DNA from: Longimicrobiales bacterium
Lineage (GTDB): Bacteria; Gemmatimonadota; Gemmatimonadetes; Longimicrobiales; Gaopeijiaceae
DNA length: 64,000 nucleotides
Direction: 5' to 3'
Assembly (NCBI GenBank): GCA_965218295.1
Contig: CBDCKN010000015.1
Span: 480,001 to 544,000 of the forward strand
Below are positions 21,553 to 30,913 of this stretch, piece after piece (position 1 is the first letter of the stretch; each line of letters starts with the position of its first letter). Position numbers and translations under genes: made by a program. Under the pieces are notes generated by a model. That model ran no database searches. It saw only the letters and a list, made by a program, of their open reading frames with translations, and was not told the DNA's origin.

Positions 21553-22416
21553 ATGCGATCCCCGACTACACCCCTCGTTCTAACCGCCCTTCTCTTGGCT
21601 GCCCTCCCGGCCGGGGCCGCCGCGCAGCAGGAGGACGACCAAGCGTTCCTCCGGGTGCCGGTCCCGGAGGAGGGGGAGGACCGGATCCACCGGCTCCGCA
21701 CCCGGGTCCGCCACACGACGGTCATCGTGCTCCCCGCCGATGAGAACATCCTGGACTTCGTGGTCGGCGACTCGGAGTACTGGCACCTGACGGGCGCGGC
21801 GAACGTCGCGTTCCTGAAGCCTCTCGCTTCGGACGCGGCGACGAATATCGCGCTCGTATGCGAGTCGGGGCGGATCTACTCGTTCCTGGTGGCCGAGCAC
21901 AGCGACGGGCCACCCCATCTGGTCGTCCGCGTAGAGTCCGGAGCAGAGGCGGCGCGGCTCTCCGGCGGCAGCGGCCGTCCCGCGTTCGTCGCGCGTAGCG
22001 AGGTCGCGGCCTACCAACAGATGGCCGCCGAGGCGGCGGCGGCGGCGCGGAGTGCCCGGGAGGCGGCCGAGGCCGGCATCCTGGAAGCCCGGACTCAGGC
22101 CGAAACGGAGATCGAGGAGTTCCGTGCGTGCTATCCGGAGCGTCTCGCGTTCGAGTACCGGCTCGACGGGGACGCGGCGGAGCGGCCGTTCCTGGTCGAG
22201 GCGATGTGGCACGACGGGCAGTTCACCTACCTCCGGTCCCACGCCCAGGAGTCGCCGGCGCTCTATGAGCTCCGGGACGGCGAGCCGGCGCTCGTCGCTT
22301 ACGACCTGAGCAAGGACGGCCTCTACATCGCTCGACACGTGTTGGGCGACGGGTGGCTGCAGATCGGCGACAAGCGGGCCGCTTGGCGGTTCACGCCCAG
22401 GGACGGACTCAGATGA
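21553..22416 (+). CDS. virB9: VirB9/TrbG outer-membrane core protein
   Basis: Signal peptide, TTVIVLP..E.I, TNIAL...SGRIYSF, WHDGQFTY; operon position. Confidence 0.85.
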   Translation: MRSPTTPLVLTALLLAALPAGAAAQQEDDQAFLRVPVPEEGEDRIHRLRTRVRHTTVIVLPADENILDFVVGDSEYWHLTGAANVAFLKPLASDAATNIALVCESGRIYSFLVAEHSDGPPHLVVRVESGAEAARLSGGSGRPAFVARSEVAAYQQMAAEAAAAARSAREAAEAGILEARTQAETEIEEFRACYPERLAFEYRLDGDAAERPFLVEAMWHDGQFTYLRSHAQESPALYELRDGEPALVAYDLSKDGLYIARHVLGDGWLQIGDKRAAWRFTPRDGLR

Positions 22417-23687
22417 GCCGCTGGAAGCAGTGGGTCCGGCCCCCGGAAGGTGCGCTGCCTGGCGGCATCGTGACGAAGGCAGGCGTCGTGTTGATCGCCG
22501 TGCTCGTCGGTGGACTCCTCTTCTCGTGGGCGATGACGGGTCCCCAGGAAGCCGACACTCTCGTAGCCCTGCCCGAGGCGCAGGCGGTCGACGACGGAAT
22601 GGGGAGGTCGCTCCAAGACCGCATTCGGCAAGAGGCCGAGCGGCAGACTCTGGAGGCCGCCGCCCGGGCGCGCGTCGAGCTCGAGCTCCGGCAAGCCGCG
22701 GCCGCCGAAGAGATGGCCCGGCTCCAGACCGAGTCGGAGGCGCCGAACACCGCAGCCTTGATCCCAGGCGTGAGCGCGGCCGAGTCGGAGCTTAGGGAGG
22801 CGCTTCGGCTGGAGGAGCTGGAGCGAAGAACCCGCTCGCTCCGCTCCGTGCCGGTCGCCCACACGTCCAGGACTCCGGACGCCGCGACCCGGCCGTCCGA
22901 ACCCGACGGTCGAAGCGCCGGCGGTGCGGCCGACGCAGATGTGGCGGTCCTCGAGAACACGGTCCAAGCGGCTCTCGCCTCCTTCGAGCAGTCGCTCGGG
23001 GCGCTCGAGGGCGAGCTGGAAGCGGAGTTGGCGGCCGGGCAGCTTCTCTCCGGCTCCTCCGGAGCTGCCGCACCGCCGAGCTCTCCTCGCACGCCCGGCA
23101 CGGTTCGGCCGGTCTCTAGCGTCGCGTCCGCCGACCTGCCGGGTTGGGAGCGGATCTACGAGGGCTCGTTCCTCGAGGCGGTGCTTCTCACGCAGCTCTC
23201 GGGCGACTTCCCCGGACCGGTGCTCGCCACGGTCTCGGTGCCGTTCTATTCGACCGATCGCCAGCGGGTCCTGATCCCGCGCGGCGCACGCGTCGTCGGA
23301 ACAGCCCGGGCCGTCCAGGACCCGGACCAGAGCCGGCTCGCCGTCGCCTTCCACCGGCTGCTGCTGCCCGACGGCAGCTGGATCGACCTCGAGTTCACCG
23401 GCCTGAACCAGGCGGGCGAGGGCGCGCTTCGGGACCAGGTCGACCGCCACTACTTCAGCACGTTCGCGGCAGCCGGAGCCGTCGGTGTCGTAAGCGGACT
23501 CGCCTTGGCCGGCGGTTCGCCGTTCGGCCTGAGGGCGGGCGTCGGCCAGGGACTCGGCCAGAGCGCGACCTCGGTTCTCGACCGGTTCCTGAACCGGCTA
23601 CCCACGATCACGATCCGCGCCGGCCATCGCCTGCGCATCTGGTTCACCTCCGATGTCCTGGTCCCCAGGCCCCGGACACGGCACTGA
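22413..23687 (+). CDS. virB10: VirB10/TrbI protein
   Basis: N-terminal TM; EGSFLEAVL..LSGDFPGPV, VLIPRGARVVG, PTITIRAG. Confidence 0.9.
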   Translation: MSRWKQWVRPPEGALPGGIVTKAGVVLIAVLVGGLLFSWAMTGPQEADTLVALPEAQAVDDGMGRSLQDRIRQEAERQTLEAAARARVELELRQAAAAEEMARLQTESEAPNTAALIPGVSAAESELREALRLEELERRTRSLRSVPVAHTSRTPDAATRPSEPDGRSAGGAADADVAVLENTVQAALASFEQSLGALEGELEAELAAGQLLSGSSGAAAPPSSPRTPGTVRPVSSVASADLPGWERIYEGSFLEAVLLTQLSGDFPGPVLATVSVPFYSTDRQRVLIPRGARVVGTARAVQDPDQSRLAVAFHRLLLPDGSWIDLEFTGLNQAGEGALRDQVDRHYFSTFAAAGAVGVVSGLALAGGSPFGLRAGVGQGLGQSATSVLDRFLNRLPTITIRAGHRLRIWFTSDVLVPRPRTRH

Positions 23688-23704
23688 AACGAAAGGAGAC
23701 TCTC

Positions 23705-24613
23705 ATGCAGATCCGAACCCTTACCACCGTCCTCCTGGTCTCGGTCCTGATGCTCGCGACCGCAAGTCCGGCCAACGCCCTCTTCGACATCGGCGGCGTG
23801 ATCCAGCGTGCCCAGATGATCGTGAACCAGGCGACCCAGATCGCGAACCAGATCCGCCAGATGCGGACCATGACCCGCCAACTCACCGAGCTCGAGGAGC
23901 AGCTCGACTACATGAAAGAGGCCGCGCGGGGCGAGGTGGACGCGCTGATCGAACCGTTCGCCGAGCTGTCGGCCGGATCCGTCGGCCTCGTCGGCGACGG
24001 CCTCGACTGGGGTTCCGAGTTCACCGGAGCGGCCGGCGAGCTGGTCGACGCGGTCCGTGACATGGGGAGCGGAAGCTCGTTCACCGATGTCTGGCGGAGC
24101 GCCCAAGGTGTGGCCGACCAGGTGAGCGAGGCGGACATCCTGGGGCTGTTCCGTAACCACCCGGCCGAGGTGTCGTCGCACGCGGTGGACGACTACCGCC
24201 AGGCCCGTGAGGCCGCCGACCGCCAGCGCGTGCTCGACTACGCGATGATGGACGCCGCGGCCTCGCTCGCCTCGACCGTCGAGAGCGCGCAGAGCTCGTT
24301 CGACGAGCTGACCGCGAACGGCAATCTGTCCAACACGGCACTCCAGCAGGCGCAGGTCGCGGCCGCCCTGACCCAAGGCCGGATCAACGCCGCCGTGGCG
24401 CAGGTGCTCGCCTATCAGGCGGTCGAGCAGGCGAACCGGATGCAGCAGGCCGAGATCGACCGGCTCGAGCGCCTCGCCGAGTGGAGGGACGCGCGCCTCC
24501 GTACGAACGCGATGGCGGATGCGATGCGCACGGCCGCGTTCCAGAACCGCGACCGGCTCCGGGAAGGGCTCCTCTTCAAGATCCCGTCGTTCTACATGGG
24601 CGGCCAGGCATAG
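23705..24613 (+). CDS. VirB5/TrbJ-like secreted protein
   Basis: AAGGAG RBS, signal peptide, NQATQIANQIRQ heptads; directly before virB6. Confidence 0.7.
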   Translation: MQIRTLTTVLLVSVLMLATASPANALFDIGGVIQRAQMIVNQATQIANQIRQMRTMTRQLTELEEQLDYMKEAARGEVDALIEPFAELSAGSVGLVGDGLDWGSEFTGAAGELVDAVRDMGSGSSFTDVWRSAQGVADQVSEADILGLFRNHPAEVSSHAVDDYRQAREAADRQRVLDYAMMDAAASLASTVESAQSSFDELTANGNLSNTALQQAQVAAALTQGRINAAVAQVLAYQAVEQANRMQQAEIDRLERLAEWRDARLRTNAMADAMRTAAFQNRDRLREGLLFKIPSFYMGGQA

Positions 24614-24631
24614 GCCCCGGGAGCGACTGTC

Positions 24632-25642
24632 ATGCAACTTCCTCCCCCCCAGTCGATCGATCCGAACGTCCCGGCCCAGATCCCGGCGGATCAGCTCCAG
24701 GACTTCAAGGGGTTCCTGGACGTCGTGCTCGATACGGTGGTCGGCGGCGCGGCGCCCGACGTGCTGACGCTCGGCCACCAGCTGTGGGGCGGTCTGGCGG
24801 CGATCGTCGTCGCGTGGAGCGGCCTCAAGATCGCGTTCAGCGGAACCTTCGAGCCCTGGTCCCTCGTGCGTGTCGTGCTCGCGGTCGCGATCCCCCGGAC
24901 GCTCCTCCACTACTACAGCGTCCCGATCCCGGGCGTGGGCTTCACGTTTCCGGCCATGGTGGCGGCCGGAGGGATCTGGCTCCAGAACCTGTTCATCTCC
25001 GATGTCGTGTCGGTTGGCTACACGGAGATGACCGCGCTGGTCCAGGCGTTCGCCGCACGGCTCGGCGCCGCATGGTCCGGCGGGAGCCTGATGACCGTCG
25101 TGACCGAGGGCGTGAGCGTGTTCTTCTCCTCCCTCGTCGCGCTGATGATGGGCGTGCCGCTCGTGCTCGGCCTCGTCGCGCTCTTCTGCCTGACCTACGC
25201 GCAGGTGATCTGGGCGCAGGTGGCGCTCGCGATCGTGATCCTCTTGGGCCCGGTGTTCATCCCCTGGCTGCTGTTCGAGCCGCTCGCGTTCCTATTCTGG
25301 GGATGGTTCCGCACGCTCATGGTCTACACGCTCTACGGCGTCGTGGCCGGAGCCATCCTCCGTGTGTTCATGGGCGTCGGCATGGGCTACGTCACCACCT
25401 ATACCGGCGCCTTGATGGGCACCGGCTCCTCCGACCCGGCCGAGTTAGGGCTGTGGGTCGTCGTCCTCCTCCCGCTCGTCGTCTCCGGCCTGATGGCCGG
25501 CATGAAGGTGGGCGAGCTCGCCGCGATGCTCGTCTCCGGTTCCGGATCCGTCGGGTCAGGCATGATGGCGCTCGTGGTCCACGGAGGTGGGCGCCTCAGC
25601 GCTGCTGCGAACCCGGCCCGCCCCCCAGTCCCCGGAGGCTGA
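24632..25642 (+). CDS. virB6: VirB6/TrbL polytopic membrane protein
   Basis: Multiple TMs; LLGPVFIPWLLF..LAFLFWGW. Confidence 0.85.
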   Translation: MQLPPPQSIDPNVPAQIPADQLQDFKGFLDVVLDTVVGGAAPDVLTLGHQLWGGLAAIVVAWSGLKIAFSGTFEPWSLVRVVLAVAIPRTLLHYYSVPIPGVGFTFPAMVAAGGIWLQNLFISDVVSVGYTEMTALVQAFAARLGAAWSGGSLMTVVTEGVSVFFSSLVALMMGVPLVLGLVALFCLTYAQVIWAQVALAIVILLGPVFIPWLLFEPLAFLFWGWFRTLMVYTLYGVVAGAILRVFMGVGMGYVTTYTGALMGTGSSDPAELGLWVVVLLPLVVSGLMAGMKVGELAAMLVSGSGSVGSGMMALVVHGGGRLSAAANPARPPVPGG

Positions 25643-25653
25643 AGGAGACGTCC

Positions 25654-26322
25654 ATGAACCGAGAACGCGATGCCGGCCGCGAGTACGCGGAGATCTGGGG
25701 CGAGACCGTGCAAGCGAACCGAAAGCTCCGGACTCTTGCAATCGTCCTAGCAGGGGGATGCCTCGCGCTCGCCGTCCTGCTCCTTCGCATCGCGACCGTC
25801 GAGCCGCCCCGCCCGATCGTGGTCCGGGTCGACGAGGTCGGCCGCGCCGAGGCCGTGGCCTACGAGGCCGCAACGGCCCAGGCGGATCCGCTCGATCCCA
25901 CGACCAAGTACTTCCTCAACCGGTTCATCTCCGACTTCTACTCACGGCGGCGGGCGACGGTCGAGGAGCACTGGACGCGGAGCCTCCGCTTCCTCTCGAC
26001 CGAGCTGGCGAACGCCGCGTTCACGAGGGACGGCGCCGAGGTCGCCGCCATGGCGGCCGGCACCGCCGACACCGAGTTCCAGGTCGAGCAGGTCGTGCTC
26101 CGCATCCACCCCGCACCGGAGGCTCCGCACGGCGCGACCGCCGACTTCGATCTGGTCCACCTCAGGCAGGGGCAGGAGACGCTGAGGGAGCGGTGGTCGA
26201 TCACGCTCCGGTTCACCTTCCTCACCGTCATCCCCTCCGAGCTCGTCGTCTACAACCCGATGGGCATCCTTCTCACCTACCTGCAGGCCGACCGTGCCCT
26301 GGTCACGGAAGCCCCGCGATGA
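25654..26322 (+). CDS. virB8: VirB8/TrbF protein
   Basis: AAGGAG RBS; single TM, PIVVRVDEVG, C-terminal NPMGILLTY. Confidence 0.85.
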   Translation: MNRERDAGREYAEIWGETVQANRKLRTLAIVLAGGCLALAVLLLRIATVEPPRPIVVRVDEVGRAEAVAYEAATAQADPLDPTTKYFLNRFISDFYSRRRATVEEHWTRSLRFLSTELANAAFTRDGAEVAAMAAGTADTEFQVEQVVLRIHPAPEAPHGATADFDLVHLRQGQETLRERWSITLRFTFLTVIPSELVVYNPMGILLTYLQADRALVTEAPR

Positions 26323-27254
26323 TCGCCCACCTCGCCGGGCGAGAGAGGGCGCTCGAGCCGTTCGGTTGGACGGGACGCCAGGCCGAGTGGATCGCGCTGG
26401 CGTGTCTCCACAGCGGCGTGTTCACCCGCGCCCAGCTCTCGGCCTATCTACGGATCGATCGCTGGCAGGCTCTTCGGTTCGTCCGGGCCATGTCGGAGCG
26501 AAGGCTGGCAGCCGACGAGACACTGGAAGGCCGGAAAGTCTGCCGGATCTGCGGGCGCGGGATCTACCGGGCGCTCGGCGCCGAGGACATCCGCCATCGC
26601 CGGACCGCTTCCGATGAAGTGCTCCTGCGGCGCCTGCTCTCGCTCGACTACGTGCTCGAGCACACCGACTTGTCGTGGCTCCCGACCGAGCTGGAGAAGG
26701 TCGGCGCGTTCCAGGCGCTCGGCATCGAGCGCCGGCTCCTGCCCTCGCGGCTCTACCGCGGAGCCGCCGGCAACACGCGGCGTTACTTCCCAGTCAAGCT
26801 GCCGGTCGCGCTCGAAGCCGAGCGCGCCGTGTTCGTCTACGTCGATCCCGGACACGATACCACGACGGCGCTCCGCTCGTGGGCCGTGGCGCATCGCGGC
26901 CTCTGGCACGCGCTCGAAAACCAAGGCCGATCCATCGAGGTCGTGGCCGTCGTCCGCACCGTGAGGGAGCTGCAGCGGGCCCTGACGATCCTCGAGAACT
27001 GGACCAACACATCTACAGCATCCGGCCCCTCCGCCGCTCCGGAACCCGACAGTGCGGCCCGCCGCGAGATCGCCCGAATCGAGCAGGCCATCCGCGCCAA
27101 GGATGAACGGGTGCTCAAAGAGTATGGCGACCTGCAGGCCTGCCTCAAGCGGATCGCCGAGCTGAAGGACCTCCACCGATCCTCGAGTCCCGGAACGATG
27201 ATCCACGGGTTCGCGACATGGCGCTCGAGACGGCTCCCTGGAGGCGGATTTTGA
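26319..27254 (+). CDS. Conserved orphan protein (311 aa), last gene of the T4SS operon; possible wHTH replication/relaxation-type protein
   Basis: ATGA overlap with virB8; paralog at 63104..64000 and remnant at 60372..60572; function is inference only. Confidence 0.75.
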   Translation: MIAHLAGRERALEPFGWTGRQAEWIALACLHSGVFTRAQLSAYLRIDRWQALRFVRAMSERRLAADETLEGRKVCRICGRGIYRALGAEDIRHRRTASDEVLLRRLLSLDYVLEHTDLSWLPTELEKVGAFQALGIERRLLPSRLYRGAAGNTRRYFPVKLPVALEAERAVFVYVDPGHDTTTALRSWAVAHRGLWHALENQGRSIEVVAVVRTVRELQRALTILENWTNTSTASGPSAAPEPDSAARREIARIEQAIRAKDERVLKEYGDLQACLKRIAELKDLHRSSSPGTMIHGFATWRSRRLPGGGF

Positions 27255-27540
27255 ACGCGGATCAGCGAGGGCCGGTGCTGATCGGCGCGTGCACATCAGA
27301 CAACGAGGTGCATGTGCACCGAAACGCCATTTTCATGTGCGCGCCAGCGCTTCCTTATGTGGCTGGCTGTCTTACAGTTGCGGCACGGCCGGCGGAGCGG
27401 CGATGCCGCTCCGGAGCTTTCGGCCGTAGATGGGAGCGACCCCCCCTTTGGGGATGCCTCGATCGGCATCGGGGAGGGTTGGCATGTGCACACCCATGCC
27501 ACTCTCCCACGGGGGGTCGCTCCCAGCCATGGATCCCTAC
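27255..27540 (+). other. Structured non-coding element, copy 1 (candidate ncRNA or ssDNA origin)
   Basis: Serial hairpins; 15-bp stem 27431-27445/27511-27525; homologous to 60573-60870 and 62815-63103. Confidence 0.7.
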
Positions 27541-27764
27541 GGACTGCCTCGGGAAGTTCCATAACACACGTGATGTCAGTTACTTACACATTCAGTGACT
27601 TTGCTCGTCCCCCCATTTCATCCACCGTTTTGAATCGGCTGTCGAGAGCCCTTCGTGGACGTGAACGGACTGTAACTGTTCGGCCAAGCCGTGGGGAGCG
27701 TCGTGTTGTCGGATCGTGTGGTGGGGTCTGGTAACGTGATCCGGAATGTAGTATCGTCGAGGGC

Positions 27765-30035
27765 ATGGCGATGCGGGACGGCAACGGACATGCGAACGTG
27801 GCGCTGGCCGAGGGGCTGGAGGAGCTTTGGCCGGTGCCCGGTTCCGTGGAGTCGGAGCTTGGGGACTGGCGGTCGCTGTACGAGCGGGAGCGCGAGCGAG
27901 CGGAGGCGGCGGTGGCCCGCGCGGAGGAGTTGCGGTGGGCGGAGGTGCGGGCGCGCTGCGAAGCGGGATCGTGGAAGTGGCGGTGGGAGGCGTCGCGCCG
28001 GAAGCTGAGGGCGGTGATCGCGGAGACGCGGGAGGCCCGCCGCGCGGCGTGGGACGCCCTGGCGTTGCAGCGCGAGGTGGGGCGTCTGCACGGGCTGCTG
28101 CGGGAGGCCGGGGTGGACGCGGGGAAGCGCGGCACGGAGATGGCGCTTCGGATGGAGGTGGCACGGCTTCGCGAGGAGGGTTGGGCGCTGGAGAAGGCGC
28201 TCGATGCCCGCGCGGCCGAGGTGCAGAACCTTCACAAGGCCCGCATCGAAGCGGACGCGGACATCCTGGCGCTGCGGCGGCAGTTGCGCGAGATGCTCGA
28301 GATCCACGGCGAACTGTCGAAGCTGGGGGACCAGCGGGACCGGGTCGAGTCGCTGTCGGAGGAGGTCGGGGCGCTTCGCTGGGCGCTGAAGGTCTCGGAG
28401 GCGTCGAAGGGCCGCCTGACGGCGCGGCTGCGGCGTGCGGTCGAGGCGGGGCGGGCGCGGTCGCCGTCGGCCGCCGACGCGGAGTTGCGCAAGGCCTTGC
28501 GCAGATCGCGGCGCCAGAGGGCGACGATCGGCTCGCTGACGCGGGAGAAGACCCGGCTCGGCAGGAGGATGCGGGCGTCGCGGCGGCGGATCGAGCGCCT
28601 CGAGGGCCAACTGGCGAAGCTTCGCGCGTCGCGCACGGTGCTGCCGAAGGGGCAGTCCGGCGGCGCGTGCGAGAGGCAGGAGCGACCGCGTTCGGGGCGG
28701 CGGCGGGGCCAGCAGCCCGGCACGCCGGTCCACGGCCGCACCCCGCGCCCGGGGCTTGAGGAACGCACCGAGGAGCACAACCCGCCCGCCGATGCGCGGG
28801 TGTGCCGGGGTTGCGGGAGCCCGTACGCGGCCAACGGCGCCGAGGAGTCGGCCCTCGTCGAGATCGAGGTCCGGGCGCACCGGCGGGTGATCCGCCGCCC
28901 GCGCTGGCGGCGGACGTGCGGGTGCGCGTCGTCGCCCGCCGAAGTGACGGCGCCCCCCGTGCCTCGGCTGTTCGCCCGCACGCCGTACGGGACGAGCGTC
29001 TGGTCGCGCTTCCTGTTCGAGCGCTACGCGTGCCTGCGCCCGCTGCACCGGGTCTGCGGGTGGCTGTCCGACCAGGGTCTGCCGGTCTCGCCGGGCACGC
29101 TGGCGGACAGCGTGCACCGCTTGGCGCCGTTGTTCGAGCCGGTGGGCGCGGCGATCCTCGCGCACCAGAACGGCTCGGCGCTGCGCCATGCCGACGAGAC
29201 CAGCTGGCGGGTGCGGGCGCTGCGCGACAGCGACGGATCGGGGTACGCGTGGCTGTGGATCTCGGTCGGCCGCGGCGCGGCCTACTTCCATGTGGATCCG
29301 TCACGCAGCGCCGAGGCGGCCCGGAAGCTGTTCGACGGGGCGCTGTGCCCGACGGTCCTCGTCTGCGACCGCTACAGCGGCTACAAGAAGCTGGCGCGTC
29401 TCCTCGGGGGCAGGGTCACGCTGTCGTTCTGCTGGGCGCACATGCGCAGGGACTTCATCCGGTGCGCGGCCGGGCACGTCCATCTGACCGGCTGGTGCCG
29501 GGAGTGGCTCGGGCGGATCGCCACGGTCTACCGCCTGCACAAGGCGCGGCTGGAGCTCCACGACCCCGGCCTCGAGCGCCAGAGCCCGGCGTTCGACGCG
29601 GCGCACGACGCGCTGAGCGAGGCGCTCGGCGGCATGTTCGCGGCCTCCGAACGCCAACTCGCCCGCCTGTCGCCAAAGGCGAGGGAGGGAGGGCCGCTGC
29701 GCTCGCTCCTCAACCACCGCGAGGGGCTGAGCGTCTTCCTCGACCGGCCCCGCGTGCCGCTCGACAACAACCTCGCCGAGCGGCTGCTGCGCGGCCCGGC
29801 CATCGGGCGGCGCCTGTCGTTCGGCTCCGACAGCGAGTCCGGCGCCCGGTTCACCGCGCTCATGTACTCGGTGACCGGCACCCTGAGGCTGAACGGCCTC
29901 GACGTGCCGCGCTGGCTCGCCGACTGGTTGGCGGCGTGCGCGCGCGGCGGCGGTCGCCCGCCGGGCGACCTGTCGCCCTGGCTGCCGTGGTCGATGGACG
30001 CCGGACGCAGGCGCGAAATGACGGCGTCCGCATGA
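27765..30035 (+). CDS. IS66 transposase (TnpC-like) with long coiled-coil N-terminus
   Basis: CRGCG zinc finger, HADETSW, VCDRYSGY, CWAHMRR, DNNLAERLLR. Confidence 0.92.
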   Translation: MAMRDGNGHANVALAEGLEELWPVPGSVESELGDWRSLYERERERAEAAVARAEELRWAEVRARCEAGSWKWRWEASRRKLRAVIAETREARRAAWDALALQREVGRLHGLLREAGVDAGKRGTEMALRMEVARLREEGWALEKALDARAAEVQNLHKARIEADADILALRRQLREMLEIHGELSKLGDQRDRVESLSEEVGALRWALKVSEASKGRLTARLRRAVEAGRARSPSAADAELRKALRRSRRQRATIGSLTREKTRLGRRMRASRRRIERLEGQLAKLRASRTVLPKGQSGGACERQERPRSGRRRGQQPGTPVHGRTPRPGLEERTEEHNPPADARVCRGCGSPYAANGAEESALVEIEVRAHRRVIRRPRWRRTCGCASSPAEVTAPPVPRLFARTPYGTSVWSRFLFERYACLRPLHRVCGWLSDQGLPVSPGTLADSVHRLAPLFEPVGAAILAHQNGSALRHADETSWRVRALRDSDGSGYAWLWISVGRGAAYFHVDPSRSAEAARKLFDGALCPTVLVCDRYSGYKKLARLLGGRVTLSFCWAHMRRDFIRCAAGHVHLTGWCREWLGRIATVYRLHKARLELHDPGLERQSPAFDAAHDALSEALGGMFAASERQLARLSPKAREGGPLRSLLNHREGLSVFLDRPRVPLDNNLAERLLRGPAIGRRLSFGSDSESGARFTALMYSVTGTLRLNGLDVPRWLADWLAACARGGGRPPGDLSPWLPWSMDAGRRREMTASA

Positions 30036-30913
30036 GCGAGCGCATCGAATGCCGCTACCACGGGCGCGACTTCACCGCCGCGGAAATGGCGCTGCTGCGC
30101 CGACTGATCGCCGGACCGCCCGCGCTCAACCGCCACGCCCTGTCGAAGGAGTTCTGCCGGCGCATCGGCTGGTTCAAGCCCGACGGCGGGCTCAAGGACA
30201 TGATGGCGCGCGTCACCATGCTCGCCATGCACAGCGACGGCCTCATCGTCCTGCCGCCCCCGAAGTGGAGGCAGAAACGACCCGGCCCCATCGTCTTCGG
30301 ACAGGACACCGAACCGCCCCTCTTCCCCCCGCCCACGATCCTCGACGAGGTCCGCCCCCTCGAACTCCGCACCGTCGTCGGCGGCACCCGACAGGGCAGG
30401 CTGTGGAACGAGTTCGTCGCGCGCCACCACTATCTCGGCTACAAGACCCTCGTCGGCGCCCAGATGCGCTACGCCGTCCACGACCGCAACGGCTGGCCGC
30501 TCGCCATACTCGGCTTCAGCACCGCCGCCTGGTCCCTCGCTCCACGCGACCGCTTCATCGGATGGACCCCGACCCTGCGAAAGAAGAACCTGCCGCTCGT
30601 CATCGACAACCCCAGGTTCCTCATCCTGCCCTGGATCCGCATCCCCAACCTCGGATCCCACATCCTCGCCCTCGTCCGCCGCCGCCTGCCCCGCGACTGG
30701 ACCCGCCGCTACAACACCACCCCCGTCCTCATCGAGACCTTCGTCGAGGTCCCCCGCTTCACCGGCGGCGTCTACAGGGCCTCCGGTTGGATCCGCGTCG
30801 GTACCACACGGGGACGAGGGCGCTACGACACCGCCAAGCAGTACGGCAAGCCCACCAAGGATGTCTGGCTCCGCCCGCTCGCCAAGCACTGGAAGCGCAT
30901 CCTCAACCGCTGA
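30032..30913 (+). CDS. DUF4338 / Druantia DruA-like protein
   Basis: HHYLGY...VGAQMRY, RDRFIGW, NPRFLILPW, LIETFVE..RFTG..YRASGW..VG.T.GRGR; ATGA overlap with transposase. Confidence 0.85.
   Translation: MSERIECRYHGRDFTAAEMALLRRLIAGPPALNRHALSKEFCRRIGWFKPDGGLKDMMARVTMLAMHSDGLIVLPPPKWRQKRPGPIVFGQDTEPPLFPPPTILDEVRPLELRTVVGGTRQGRLWNEFVARHHYLGYKTLVGAQMRYAVHDRNGWPLAILGFSTAAWSLAPRDRFIGWTPTLRKKNLPLVIDNPRFLILPWIRIPNLGSHILALVRRRLPRDWTRRYNTTPVLIETFVEVPRFTGGVYRASGWIRVGTTRGRGRYDTAKQYGKPTKDVWLRPLAKHWKRILNR

Noticed and set aside
23144..27254. Apparent long ORFs 23144..24613, 24481..26322 and 25587..27254 (also 28802..30913)
   Set aside because: Upstream extensions overlap real genes; RBS or ATGA-coupled starts at 23705, 25654, 26319 and 30032 fit better.
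27592..29304. Long minus-strand ORFs (570 and 557 aa), and similar antisense ORFs across the T4SS and integrases
   Set aside because: Low-complexity R/P/A/G-rich shadow frames of GC-rich genes that have clear motifs on the other strand.
30032..30913. Complete Druantia system
   Set aside because: Only the DUF4338 domain is present, enclosed in IS66 IRs; no DruE helicase or other dru genes are nearby.
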